This document shows positions 24,193-31,796 of a stretch of 41,041 nt of DNA, in pieces. The translations under genes were made by a program, and so were the position numbers. The notes under the pieces were generated by a model, which was not told the DNA's origin, searched no databases, and saw nothing but the letters and a program-made list of their open reading frames with translations. The first letter of the stretch is position 1. Every line of letters starts with the position of its first letter. The DNA comes from Bacilli bacterium (GTDB lineage: Bacteria; Bacillota_I; Bacilli_A; RFN20; CAG-288), in assembly GCA_900763245.1 (NCBI GenBank), contig CAAFJQ010000048.1:1-41041 (forward strand). The letters run 5' to 3'.

Positions 24193-25059
24193 TCAGTTCT
24201 GCTCGATGAAGGCCAAAGACATCTCAGGCCACTTTTGCATATTCAAACCATCGACTTCTTCCTTATCCTTGACAGTTTCATCGCAAAGAGAAACACCATG
24301 GTTTCCGTTTGCAAAGAGATGCAATTCAACAGGGACTTTCAGTTCGACAAGGCTGGATGCCAAGGAGGTCAAGTCGGAAGGAAGGATGACAGAATCACGA
24401 TAGGAGCCGAAAGCAAAGACAGGCGGCATATCGGCTCTAAGATAGTGAATGAGGTTTAAAGATTCGAGTTCTTCTTCGCTCGGATTTTCTTTTCCTAAGA
24501 GAATCTCGCGAATTGTCGGTCCTCTGAAATCAGGAAGTTTTCCGGCTTCGATCAGTTCAAGAACCTCTTTGGGAAGGACACCCTTCGGTCTCTGCGGATG
24601 CAATGTGACAGCAGGATAACCTAAGATGATATGATCGGGTCTTAAGTCAGTTCCTTTAGCATTAAGTCCATTTAAGACATAGTCCTTATCAAAGAAGCAG
24701 CCTAAGGACAATGCGAGGTTTCCGCCGGCAGAGAAACCGACAACATCGATTTCATCGATCAAAAACTCTTCTTTGTGATTCTTGACGTATAAGAAAGCTT
24801 CTGCAAGCTGTCTTAACTGTGTCGGGAAAGGATGAGATATGCCACAGTCATAATGAAGGACAAATGCGTGATATCCATGACGGAGATAGAACATGGCAAC
24901 AGGTTCTCCTTCGTTTTTGGAACAGTAGGAATATCCGCCTCCGGGGCAGACGATCATCGCATGATGCTTTCTTCCTTTTCTGTCATATTCGCCATCATCG
25001 AGAACATAAGTGTCAAGATAGCTATCATCGCCAGTTAATGGTATACGATTGCAGATCAT
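24193..25059 (-). CDS. alpha/beta hydrolase (carbohydrate/acetyl esterase-like)
   Basis: PGGGY oxyanion-hole region and a GFSAGGNLA nucleophile elbow. 288 aa. Its stop lies 1 nt from the pgmB start. Confidence 0.8.
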   Translation of the reverse strand: MICNRIPLTGDDSYLDTYVLDDGEYDRKGRKHHAMIVCPGGGYSYCSKNEGEPVAMFYLRHGYHAFVLHYDCGISHPFPTQLRQLAEAFLYVKNHKEEFLIDEIDVVGFSAGGNLALSLGCFFDKDYVLNGLNAKGTDLRPDHIILGYPAVTLHPQRPKGVLPKEVLELIEAGKLPDFRGPTIREILLGKENPSEEELESLNLIHYLRADMPPVFAFGSYRDSVILPSDLTSLASSLVELKVPVELHLFANGNHGVSLCDETVKDKEEVDGLNMQKWPEMSLAFIEQN

Positions 25060-25078
25060 AATTTTCTCCTTTCATTAT

Positions 25079-26773
25079 TTATAAATGGGTATCCCATTTT
25101 CCACAGAAGGAATCGACAGGATCCTTTCCGCGGAAAGTGTCACGGCCCAACAGTTTATCGACAAGACAAGTGAGTGTATAGTCATTCATTCCGTAGGTAT
25201 TGATATAAGTCTTTACGCGAGGAACATCAAGAAGGTGATAGGGGTTAGCTAACGAAATGAAGATGGTCGGAATGGAATTGATGTAGATTGGAACATTGAC
25301 ACCCATCGGATTGGTCCATTCAATACGGACAGTCGTCTGATTGGATTTTGTTTCAAGGTTAGCAAGATAGATGATTGCATCATACTTCTCTTTAACGCTT
25401 TCAAAGGCTTCCTGAAGTCCTTCGTAAGTGCCGTTTGAAACAAACGGAGTCACTTCGAAGCCTTCTTTTTCCAAAAGGGTCTTGAACTGATTTCCGACTT
25501 CGGTTCTCAAGTAGCCGAGTGCGTTTCCGCCGCTTTCAAGAACGTGAAGAAGGATTCTCTTATTCTTCTTGACAGTGAGAGGAAGAAGTCCTTTCTGTTC
25601 CTTGACAAGCGTGATGGAATCAGAAGCGATTCTTTTAGCAACTTCTAAGTTTTCTTTCTTTCTTAAGACGGGTTCACGCTTTAAGAAAGAGAAGTCTTCA
25701 TCAAGAAGTCCGATCTTCATCTTTGTAGCAAGGATACGAAGAAGCGCATCGTGAAGTCTCTCTTCCGTGATGATATTTCTTTCATATCCTCTCTTCATGA
25801 ACATGACATCTTCATCAAGATTCTTGCAGAAGAGGAACATATCATTGCCGGCCTTGATGGAATAAGGAACAGCATAATCTCTTGGATAAGGAATATTGAA
25901 TCCTGCCATGGTGGAGGCATCTGTCAATATCAGACCATTGAAGCCAAGCTTCTCTCTTAAAAGCCCATTGAGAAGCTCCGTGGATAACGAACCAGGAAGG
26001 ATGTCTTTATCCTCTAAATCAGGATTGAGTCTCTTGCTATAGGATGGAAGAAGGATGTGTCCTGTCATAAAGGCTAAGACACCGGCCTTGATCTCGCTTT
26101 CATAAATGGCGCCATAGCTCTTATCCCATTCTTCACAGGACAAGTCGTTGATAGAAGAGACAAGATGCTGATCTCTTTCATCTCTTCCGTCTCCAGGGAA
26201 GTGCTTGGCAGAGCACATGACATTGTTCTTCTGAGAGGCAAGAATGTAGTTTGTAGCACATTCTTTGACCATCTTTACAGAAGAAGCGAATGTTCTTGTG
26301 TTCATGATCGGATTTCTGAAGTTGTAGTCGATGTCGCTGACAGGTGCAAAAGCGAAGTTGACACCGATTTCATTGGCTTCTTCAGAGCAGATTCTTCCTA
26401 ATTCATAAGCGTTAGAAGGATCATTTGTCGCACCGATCATCATGTTTGTTGCGACATTGGTGCCTTCAGAACAACAGCCTGCTCCGCCGGATTCCAAGTT
26501 AGCCGCGACAAAGAGCGGAATATTGGAATGTTTCTGAACATAGGAGATGATTGCACGGTCTGTATCTTTGTTCAAAGGGCGGACCATGATACCGCCGACA
26601 TGAAGATCTTTAGTGACATGGGAGAGATATTCTTCATCGAATCCTCTTCCGACGACGAAGAAGAGCTGTCCGATCTTTTCCTCTAAAGTCATAGAGGAAA
26701 TCATCTTTTCGATTTTCTCGATCTGCTTGTCTGAAAAATTGTAAGGTGCGATTTTAAGATTGATATCTCTCAT
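25079..26773 (-). CDS. glycoside hydrolase family 3 (beta-N-acetylhexosaminidase/beta-glucosidase-like), cytoplasmic
   Basis: KHFPGDGRDERDQH and GLILTDASTM motifs with no signal peptide. SD aaagagg. Confidence 0.85.
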   Translation of the reverse strand: MRDINLKIAPYNFSDKQIEKIEKMISSMTLEEKIGQLFFVVGRGFDEEYLSHVTKDLHVGGIMVRPLNKDTDRAIISYVQKHSNIPLFVAANLESGGAGCCSEGTNVATNMMIGATNDPSNAYELGRICSEEANEIGVNFAFAPVSDIDYNFRNPIMNTRTFASSVKMVKECATNYILASQKNNVMCSAKHFPGDGRDERDQHLVSSINDLSCEEWDKSYGAIYESEIKAGVLAFMTGHILLPSYSKRLNPDLEDKDILPGSLSTELLNGLLREKLGFNGLILTDASTMAGFNIPYPRDYAVPYSIKAGNDMFLFCKNLDEDVMFMKRGYERNIITEERLHDALLRILATKMKIGLLDEDFSFLKREPVLRKKENLEVAKRIASDSITLVKEQKGLLPLTVKKNKRILLHVLESGGNALGYLRTEVGNQFKTLLEKEGFEVTPFVSNGTYEGLQEAFESVKEKYDAIIYLANLETKSNQTTVRIEWTNPMGVNVPIYINSIPTIFISLANPYHLLDVPRVKTYINTYGMNDYTLTCLVDKLLGRDTFRGKDPVDSFCGKWDTHL

Positions 26774-26775
26774 GA

Positions 26776-27786
26776 TTATGCCTCTTTCTTTTTGAATGAG
26801 AACGTATTGCGAATGATATTCTTCAATAATTCCTGGTTTGTCGTATAGGTCATGATGAGAACGATGGCGATACCAGTGATGATTGTCTGAATGGAGGAGT
26901 CAATGCTCAAAGCCTGGAGTCCATAAGTGATCACGTTGAAGCCTAAGGCACCGACAAAGACACCGAAAGGAAGGGTAGAATACTGCTCTAAGAAAAGGCC
27001 GACCAAAACAGGTCCCATAGATGAGAACATCAGGTTTGTGGAGGAGAGGTTGCTGGCTGCTTCTACTTTTCCTTTGGATGCGTTGAGGATAGCGGCAAAG
27101 CCTAACAGGACACCGATGAAGACATAGGTGAGAAGGATATTTTTCTTTTCTTTGACACCTGCATTGATAGCTAACTTCGAATTCAGACCTAAAGACTTAT
27201 TGTCAGCTCCGAAGCGGGTATAGTAGAGAAGGAAAGTAGAGACCAGAATGACAAGGACCAAAAGGATATAGCACCAAGGAGCATTGTAGAGTTTGAGCAA
27301 TTCATCTGTGTATTCGGGTGTGTTATTGAAGACATTGACGCCTTTTCCGTTGAAGAGAATATTGGTCATTGCCTCATAGATCATAACAACGCCTAAGGAG
27401 ACGATCATATTCGGAACGCGAAGAACGATATAGAGAAGTCCCTCTAAAACAGCCAAAAGCACCGAGAAGAAAACCGTGAAGATGATTCCGACAATCAACG
27501 GAGCCTTTAACATGATGGTGAGATTGAGACCGATGATTCCGCCTAAGACTGAAATCGTACCGGTTGCAAAGTCCCATCTTCCGCCTTTTAAAGGAACGGC
27601 GATTGCAATGCCGACAAGTGTTGCTAAAACAGACTCCTGAAATATCTTCCCTGTCGTATAGGAGGAGAAGTAAGTGCCCTGTTTACCACAGCAGAGTGAA
27701 ATCAGTGCGAAGATGATGTAGAGAACAACAGGGAATATCAGACTTTTCAGGTAGCCTAATCCAGTTTTCAATATTTTGTCTTTCAT
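26776..27786 (-). CDS. sugar ABC transporter permease (RbsC/AraH-type)
   Basis: 336 aa and polytopic. It sits within the ABC operon. Confidence 0.8.
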   Translation of the reverse strand: MKDKILKTGLGYLKSLIFPVVLYIIFALISLCCGKQGTYFSSYTTGKIFQESVLATLVGIAIAVPLKGGRWDFATGTISVLGGIIGLNLTIMLKAPLIVGIIFTVFFSVLLAVLEGLLYIVLRVPNMIVSLGVVMIYEAMTNILFNGKGVNVFNNTPEYTDELLKLYNAPWCYILLVLVILVSTFLLYYTRFGADNKSLGLNSKLAINAGVKEKKNILLTYVFIGVLLGFAAILNASKGKVEAASNLSSTNLMFSSMGPVLVGLFLEQYSTLPFGVFVGALGFNVITYGLQALSIDSSIQTIITGIAIVLIMTYTTNQELLKNIIRNTFSFKKKEA

Positions 27787-27835
27787 ATTGCAATCGCCTT
27801 TCTAATCGCTAATGTGATAGCGATATTTTGTTTAA

Positions 27836-28999
27836 TTACTTAGAAGTTCTGACAGTCTTGATCTCAGCCATGGTGCGGTTGGTGAGAGTGTTGAGATCAC
27901 TTAAGGTAGCCTTGTCATTGTAACGGAGCATGACATTCTTCAATTCATCAGCTGTGACAGCGCCGCCATTGGACATATCGGTAGGAGCGATATAGGTTGT
28001 GTAATCAGCAACATCAGCAACACTGGTCATGACAGGATAGCCTGCGACACCATTGACGATGTTGTCCTGGTTGTATTTGCCGCTTGTAGCATCGCTATAG
28101 GTCTTACCATCGATAGCGTTGACAAGTCTTGCAACGCAGGAAGCGATGGACTGAACGTGGTTGTTGTTTCCGCTTGCGACAAGCTTGCCGGCCTCAAAGA
28201 GAGACTTGACGGAATCATCATAGCCCATAGAGAGGAGCTTGATGTTCTTGTCACGGATGACAGGGTAGACATAGTCAAGACCGGAGGAAAGTCCGAAGAT
28301 ACTATCGACTGTAGGAGTATCGGTGAGAACCTTGTTGGTTGCTGTCTGAACATCGTCAGCCATGAAACCAGCGGAGAGGACAAGGTCTTCAGCCTTGGCT
28401 GTAGAATCAAGAGCAGTGACTTCAGCCTTGAAAGCATTATATAATGCCGGTCCTTCGACAAAGGCCCAAGCAGGGAAGGAGACTCCGCCGATATCCTTCA
28501 ATCCAGCATCGACAGCAGCCTTGGCATAGGTCTTTCCTAAAGCGACAAGATCACCGCCGAACTGCTGCGTTCCGCCGACGAAGTATTCGTTGACAGGGCT
28601 ATCCTTGAAGTCAGTGGCAGAAGAATAATCCAAAGCCAAAGAATAATAGACGCCTGCATTCTTTGCTGTATAAAGGCAGGAGACTAAAGAAGTGTCGTAA
28701 CCGGAGATGATGCCCTTGCATCCAGCGGAAATGAGGTTTTCGACAGCAGTGATCTGCTGGTCATCCTGATAGTTGGTTGCTTCAAAAGCAAAGTCGAGAG
28801 GGAGATTCTTGGAAAGGTAGTTGCAGTAATTCTCGATGGTCTTTCCCTGAACATCGGAGAAGGAATACATAACGACACCGATTTTGATTCTCTTTTCGCT
28901 GACTCCACCGGTTGTTCCGCTTCCGTTGGTATTGCCGCATCCGACTAAAGCACCTGCTAAGACGGCTAAGCTCAACATAAGATTTTTTGAACGTTTCAT
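27836..28999 (-). CDS. sugar ABC transporter substrate-binding lipoprotein (type I periplasmic-binding fold)
   Basis: Lipobox LAGALVG-C followed by a Gly/Thr/Ser linker. The alternating alpha/beta pattern is typical of ribose/galactose-type binding proteins. Confidence 0.75.
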   Translation of the reverse strand: MKRSKNLMLSLAVLAGALVGCGNTNGSGTTGGVSEKRIKIGVVMYSFSDVQGKTIENYCNYLSKNLPLDFAFEATNYQDDQQITAVENLISAGCKGIISGYDTSLVSCLYTAKNAGVYYSLALDYSSATDFKDSPVNEYFVGGTQQFGGDLVALGKTYAKAAVDAGLKDIGGVSFPAWAFVEGPALYNAFKAEVTALDSTAKAEDLVLSAGFMADDVQTATNKVLTDTPTVDSIFGLSSGLDYVYPVIRDKNIKLLSMGYDDSVKSLFEAGKLVASGNNNHVQSIASCVARLVNAIDGKTYSDATSGKYNQDNIVNGVAGYPVMTSVADVADYTTYIAPTDMSNGGAVTADELKNVMLRYNDKATLSDLNTLTNRTMAEIKTVRTSK

Positions 29000-29032
29000 G
29001 ATATTTTTTCTCCTTTCTATGAAATTGTTCGT

Positions 29033-30025
29033 TTAACGAGGCATTTCTTTGACGTTTTTGCTTTGTCTCAACGTCATGAAAATGATTGCTAAGAAGATGA
29101 TTCCTTTGACTAAAGAAATGTAGTTTGTTTTAACACCTACCATCGTCATGCCATTCGAGAGCAGACGGTAAGTGATAGAACCGATGACTGCAGCCGACAT
29201 CTTGGATTTGCTTCCGCCATTGAGGTTCATGCCTCCTAAGATGATGGCGATCATAATATCCATTTCCATACCGGACCCGATTGACTTTCCAATTGATCCG
29301 CTTCTGGCCATCAGGAAGATGCTGGCGATGCCGACTAATAATCCAGCTAAGATATAAGCGAAGTATCTGATACCGTTGACATTGGCTCCGCTTTGTCTTG
29401 CGGATATTGGATTGTCTCCGATAGCTTTTGCCTGTTTTCCTATCTTTGTATAATTGAATAGGAATCCAGTGATAAGTACAACTAATAATGTGATGACAAG
29501 CTGAAGAACCCAGTTGGATTTCAAGTTAGAGATCATGCTGTAGTCATCGATATGGACAACGCCGTCTGAGAGAGAGCAGACATAGGTGATAACGCCTCTG
29601 GCTGAGAACATGATGGCAAGGGAGGCGATTGTCGTAACGAGTTTCAGTTTGACGGAGATGAAGCACTGAAGGAAATAAAGGATCATGGATAAGAGGATAG
29701 AGACGATGATTCCAATCCATAGCTGTCCTGTCTTATTGGCGATAAGGACCATGATAAGCGAACATAAGCCTGCTACGCTTCCGCTTGCGATATCGAAGCT
29801 TCCGCACGCGAAGACAAAGAGAAGACCGCACGCCATGATAAGCAAGGATGAGATCTGTCCGACCAATGTCTTAAGGTTATAGGCCGAGAAGATATTTCCC
29901 TTTGTCAGAATCGAGAAGAGAACAACGACAAGGATCAAGGATCCCCACTGAATGATCTCTCCTTTATGTTCTTTCAATCCCTTAGGAGTGAAGAACGATT
30001 TGATATTGTTTGCAATTGCTTTCAT
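29033..30025 (-). CDS. sugar ABC transporter permease (RbsC/AraH-type)
   Basis: 330 aa and polytopic. It is a paralogue in style of the 26776-27786 product. Confidence 0.8.
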   Translation of the reverse strand: MKAIANNIKSFFTPKGLKEHKGEIIQWGSLILVVVLFSILTKGNIFSAYNLKTLVGQISSLLIMACGLLFVFACGSFDIASGSVAGLCSLIMVLIANKTGQLWIGIIVSILLSMILYFLQCFISVKLKLVTTIASLAIMFSARGVITYVCSLSDGVVHIDDYSMISNLKSNWVLQLVITLLVVLITGFLFNYTKIGKQAKAIGDNPISARQSGANVNGIRYFAYILAGLLVGIASIFLMARSGSIGKSIGSGMEMDIMIAIILGGMNLNGGSKSKMSAAVIGSITYRLLSNGMTMVGVKTNYISLVKGIIFLAIIFMTLRQSKNVKEMPR

Positions 30026-30034
30026 CTTTCCCTC

Positions 30035-31615
30035 CTAGATCATGTAATTGATGATGTCTTCTTCTTTCAGGTCTTCGCTTCTTAAGAATTCATGATTGAT
30101 CTTTCCGTCTTTCATGACGAGGATTCTGTCGCTCATACCGATGAGTTCCGGAAGTTCCTCAGAGACGATAAGGATCGTATATCCTTCCTTCTTCAGCTGA
30201 TTGAAGAGCTGATACATTGTCGCTTTGACCATGACATCAACACCTCTTGTCGGTGAATCGAAGACCAATATCTTGGAATTGTTTCCAATCCATTTTCCGA
30301 AGCTGACTTTCTGTTTGTTTCCGCCAGAGAGTTCTTTGACAGTCTGATTCATCGAAGCGCATTTGATATGGAAAGATTCGATGATGTCAGCTGCGAACTT
30401 CTTTTCGCTTCTCGGCGTGATGACGCCGAAGACAGCAAGATTATCAAGGTTAGAGATGCAGAGGTTGTTCTTGATGGAATCGGGAAGAATCAACGTCTCT
30501 TTGTCTCTGTCTTTGGAGATATAACCGATCGATGCCTTTAAGGCTGTATCGATATTCTTGATTTCATATTCGACGATATCCGTAATCTCTTCGACCGGTT
30601 TCTTCTTTAACTTGGCAAGGTTTGCTTTCCACTTTTCTTTGAAAGTAGGCTGTCTCTTGCTATAGGCGTATACATGACCGGATGTAAGTTTTTCCATTCC
30701 GAAGAACGCTTTAGCCAAATCATGCATACCGGAATCGGATAATCCGCCGATACCGACGATTTCGCCTTCTCTGACAGACATCGAAACATCATGGAGTCGC
30801 AGAGTAGAGATATGATCTGCGATCAATGTCTCTCTTTCACCGTGTGTCGGTGTGAAGTCGCTTCTGTAATAGTCGCCTTTGACTTCTCTTCCGACCATCG
30901 CCTTCTTGATGGTGTCAGCATCGAAGTCTTTCTTTTCAAGCGTTGTGATCATATGGCCGTCTCTTAAGACAGTCAGAACATCACAGGTTGCGGAGAGTTC
31001 TTCCAAATCATGAGAGATGAAGAGAACGGCTTTGCCTTTCTCTCTTAAGTCATTCATGATCTCATGGATTTTTTCTCTTCCGGTCTGACTTAAGGCTGTT
31101 GTCGTTTCATCGACGATGAAGAGTTCCGGATCGATGGATAAGGCCTTTGCGATTTCAACCATCTTTCTGACTTCGAAGGAATAAGCGGATATCGGAAGAG
31201 TGACATTCATGTCTTCCATTCCGACAAGGGCCATAACCTTTTTGGCTTCCTCATCCATTTTCTTATGATTGAGGAAGATACCCTTGGTGAATTCTTTTTC
31301 TCTTCCCAAGAAGATATTTTCACTGACAGTGAGATAATCGATGGTACCTGTTTCCTGAACGATCATGGCAATATGATTCTTTTCAGCATCGAGATAGCTG
31401 TTCGGCTTGAACTCTTTCCCTTTATAGAATATTTCACCGGATGTTCTGGAATAGATTCCGCAGATCATCTGTGAAATTGTGGATTTGCCTGAACCGTTTT
31501 CACCAATGAGTCCACGGATTTCGCCGCTGTAGATTTCCATCGAAACCTTATCGACTGCGACGACGTCTCCGAACTTTTTGGTGAGGTCTTTTGTTGATAC
31601 CAATAATTCTTTCAT
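30035..31615 (-). CDS. sugar ABC transporter ATP-binding protein with two fused NBDs (CUT2 type)
   Basis: NBD1 has Walker A GENGSGKST and Walker B LFIVDETT. NBD2 has the signature LSGGNKQK, Walker B ILVFDSPTRGVD and a degenerate Walker A (GLSDSGMHD). SD aggaga. Confidence 0.9.
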   Translation of the reverse strand: MKELLVSTKDLTKKFGDVVAVDKVSMEIYSGEIRGLIGENGSGKSTISQMICGIYSRTSGEIFYKGKEFKPNSYLDAEKNHIAMIVQETGTIDYLTVSENIFLGREKEFTKGIFLNHKKMDEEAKKVMALVGMEDMNVTLPISAYSFEVRKMVEIAKALSIDPELFIVDETTTALSQTGREKIHEIMNDLREKGKAVLFISHDLEELSATCDVLTVLRDGHMITTLEKKDFDADTIKKAMVGREVKGDYYRSDFTPTHGERETLIADHISTLRLHDVSMSVREGEIVGIGGLSDSGMHDLAKAFFGMEKLTSGHVYAYSKRQPTFKEKWKANLAKLKKKPVEEITDIVEYEIKNIDTALKASIGYISKDRDKETLILPDSIKNNLCISNLDNLAVFGVITPRSEKKFAADIIESFHIKCASMNQTVKELSGGNKQKVSFGKWIGNNSKILVFDSPTRGVDVMVKATMYQLFNQLKKEGYTILIVSEELPELIGMSDRILVMKDGKINHEFLRSEDLKEEDIINYMI

Positions 31616-31632
31616 GTCACGATTTCTCCTAC

Positions 31633-31642
31633 TGTCAAAATT
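31633..31642. promoter_or_regulatory. TGTCAAAATT box 1 (immediately downstream of the ABC-operon -10 on the minus strand)
   Basis: The minus strand reads TATAATTTTGACAGTAGGAGAAATCGTGACATG. The box therefore abuts the TATAAT of the operon promoter. Confidence 0.45.
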
Positions 31643-31688
31643 ATATAAGGGCTTTCAGTAAATGAAAACGCTATTTTCTTCCTTGTAA

Positions 31689-31704
31689 TGTCAAAATTTT
31701 GACA
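31689..31704. promoter_or_regulatory. perfect 16-bp palindrome TGTCAAAATTTTGACA (operator candidate)
   Basis: Read directly from the sequence. It is centred between the divergent ABC operon and the AraC-GH39 gene. Confidence 0.6.
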
Positions 31705-31749
31705 ATTTTAAATTCTTTCATCAAAATTAAGTGGTGGTAAAAGAGGAAA

Positions 31750-31761
31750 TGTCAAAATTTT
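31750..31761. promoter_or_regulatory. TGTCAAAATTTT box 3, 4 nt upstream of the TATAAT (31766-31771) of the AraC-GH39 gene
   Basis: It shares 13 nt (TGTCAAAATTTTG) with the left arm and centre of the palindrome. It lies in the spacer/-35 region of the putative regulator promoter. Confidence 0.45.
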
Positions 31762-31796
31762 GCAGTATAATATATCAAAATCAGGAGAAAAATTGT

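Noticed and set aside
30035-31615. Degenerate LSGGQ signature in NBD1 (YSFEV) and degenerate Walker A in NBD2 (GLSDSGMHD) of the ABC ATPase, as a sign of pseudogenisation.
   Set aside because: Both degenerate elements belong to the same composite ATP site. The other site is fully canonical (NBD1 Walker A plus the NBD2 LSGGN signature). This asymmetric arrangement is usual for CUT2-type fused ATPases.
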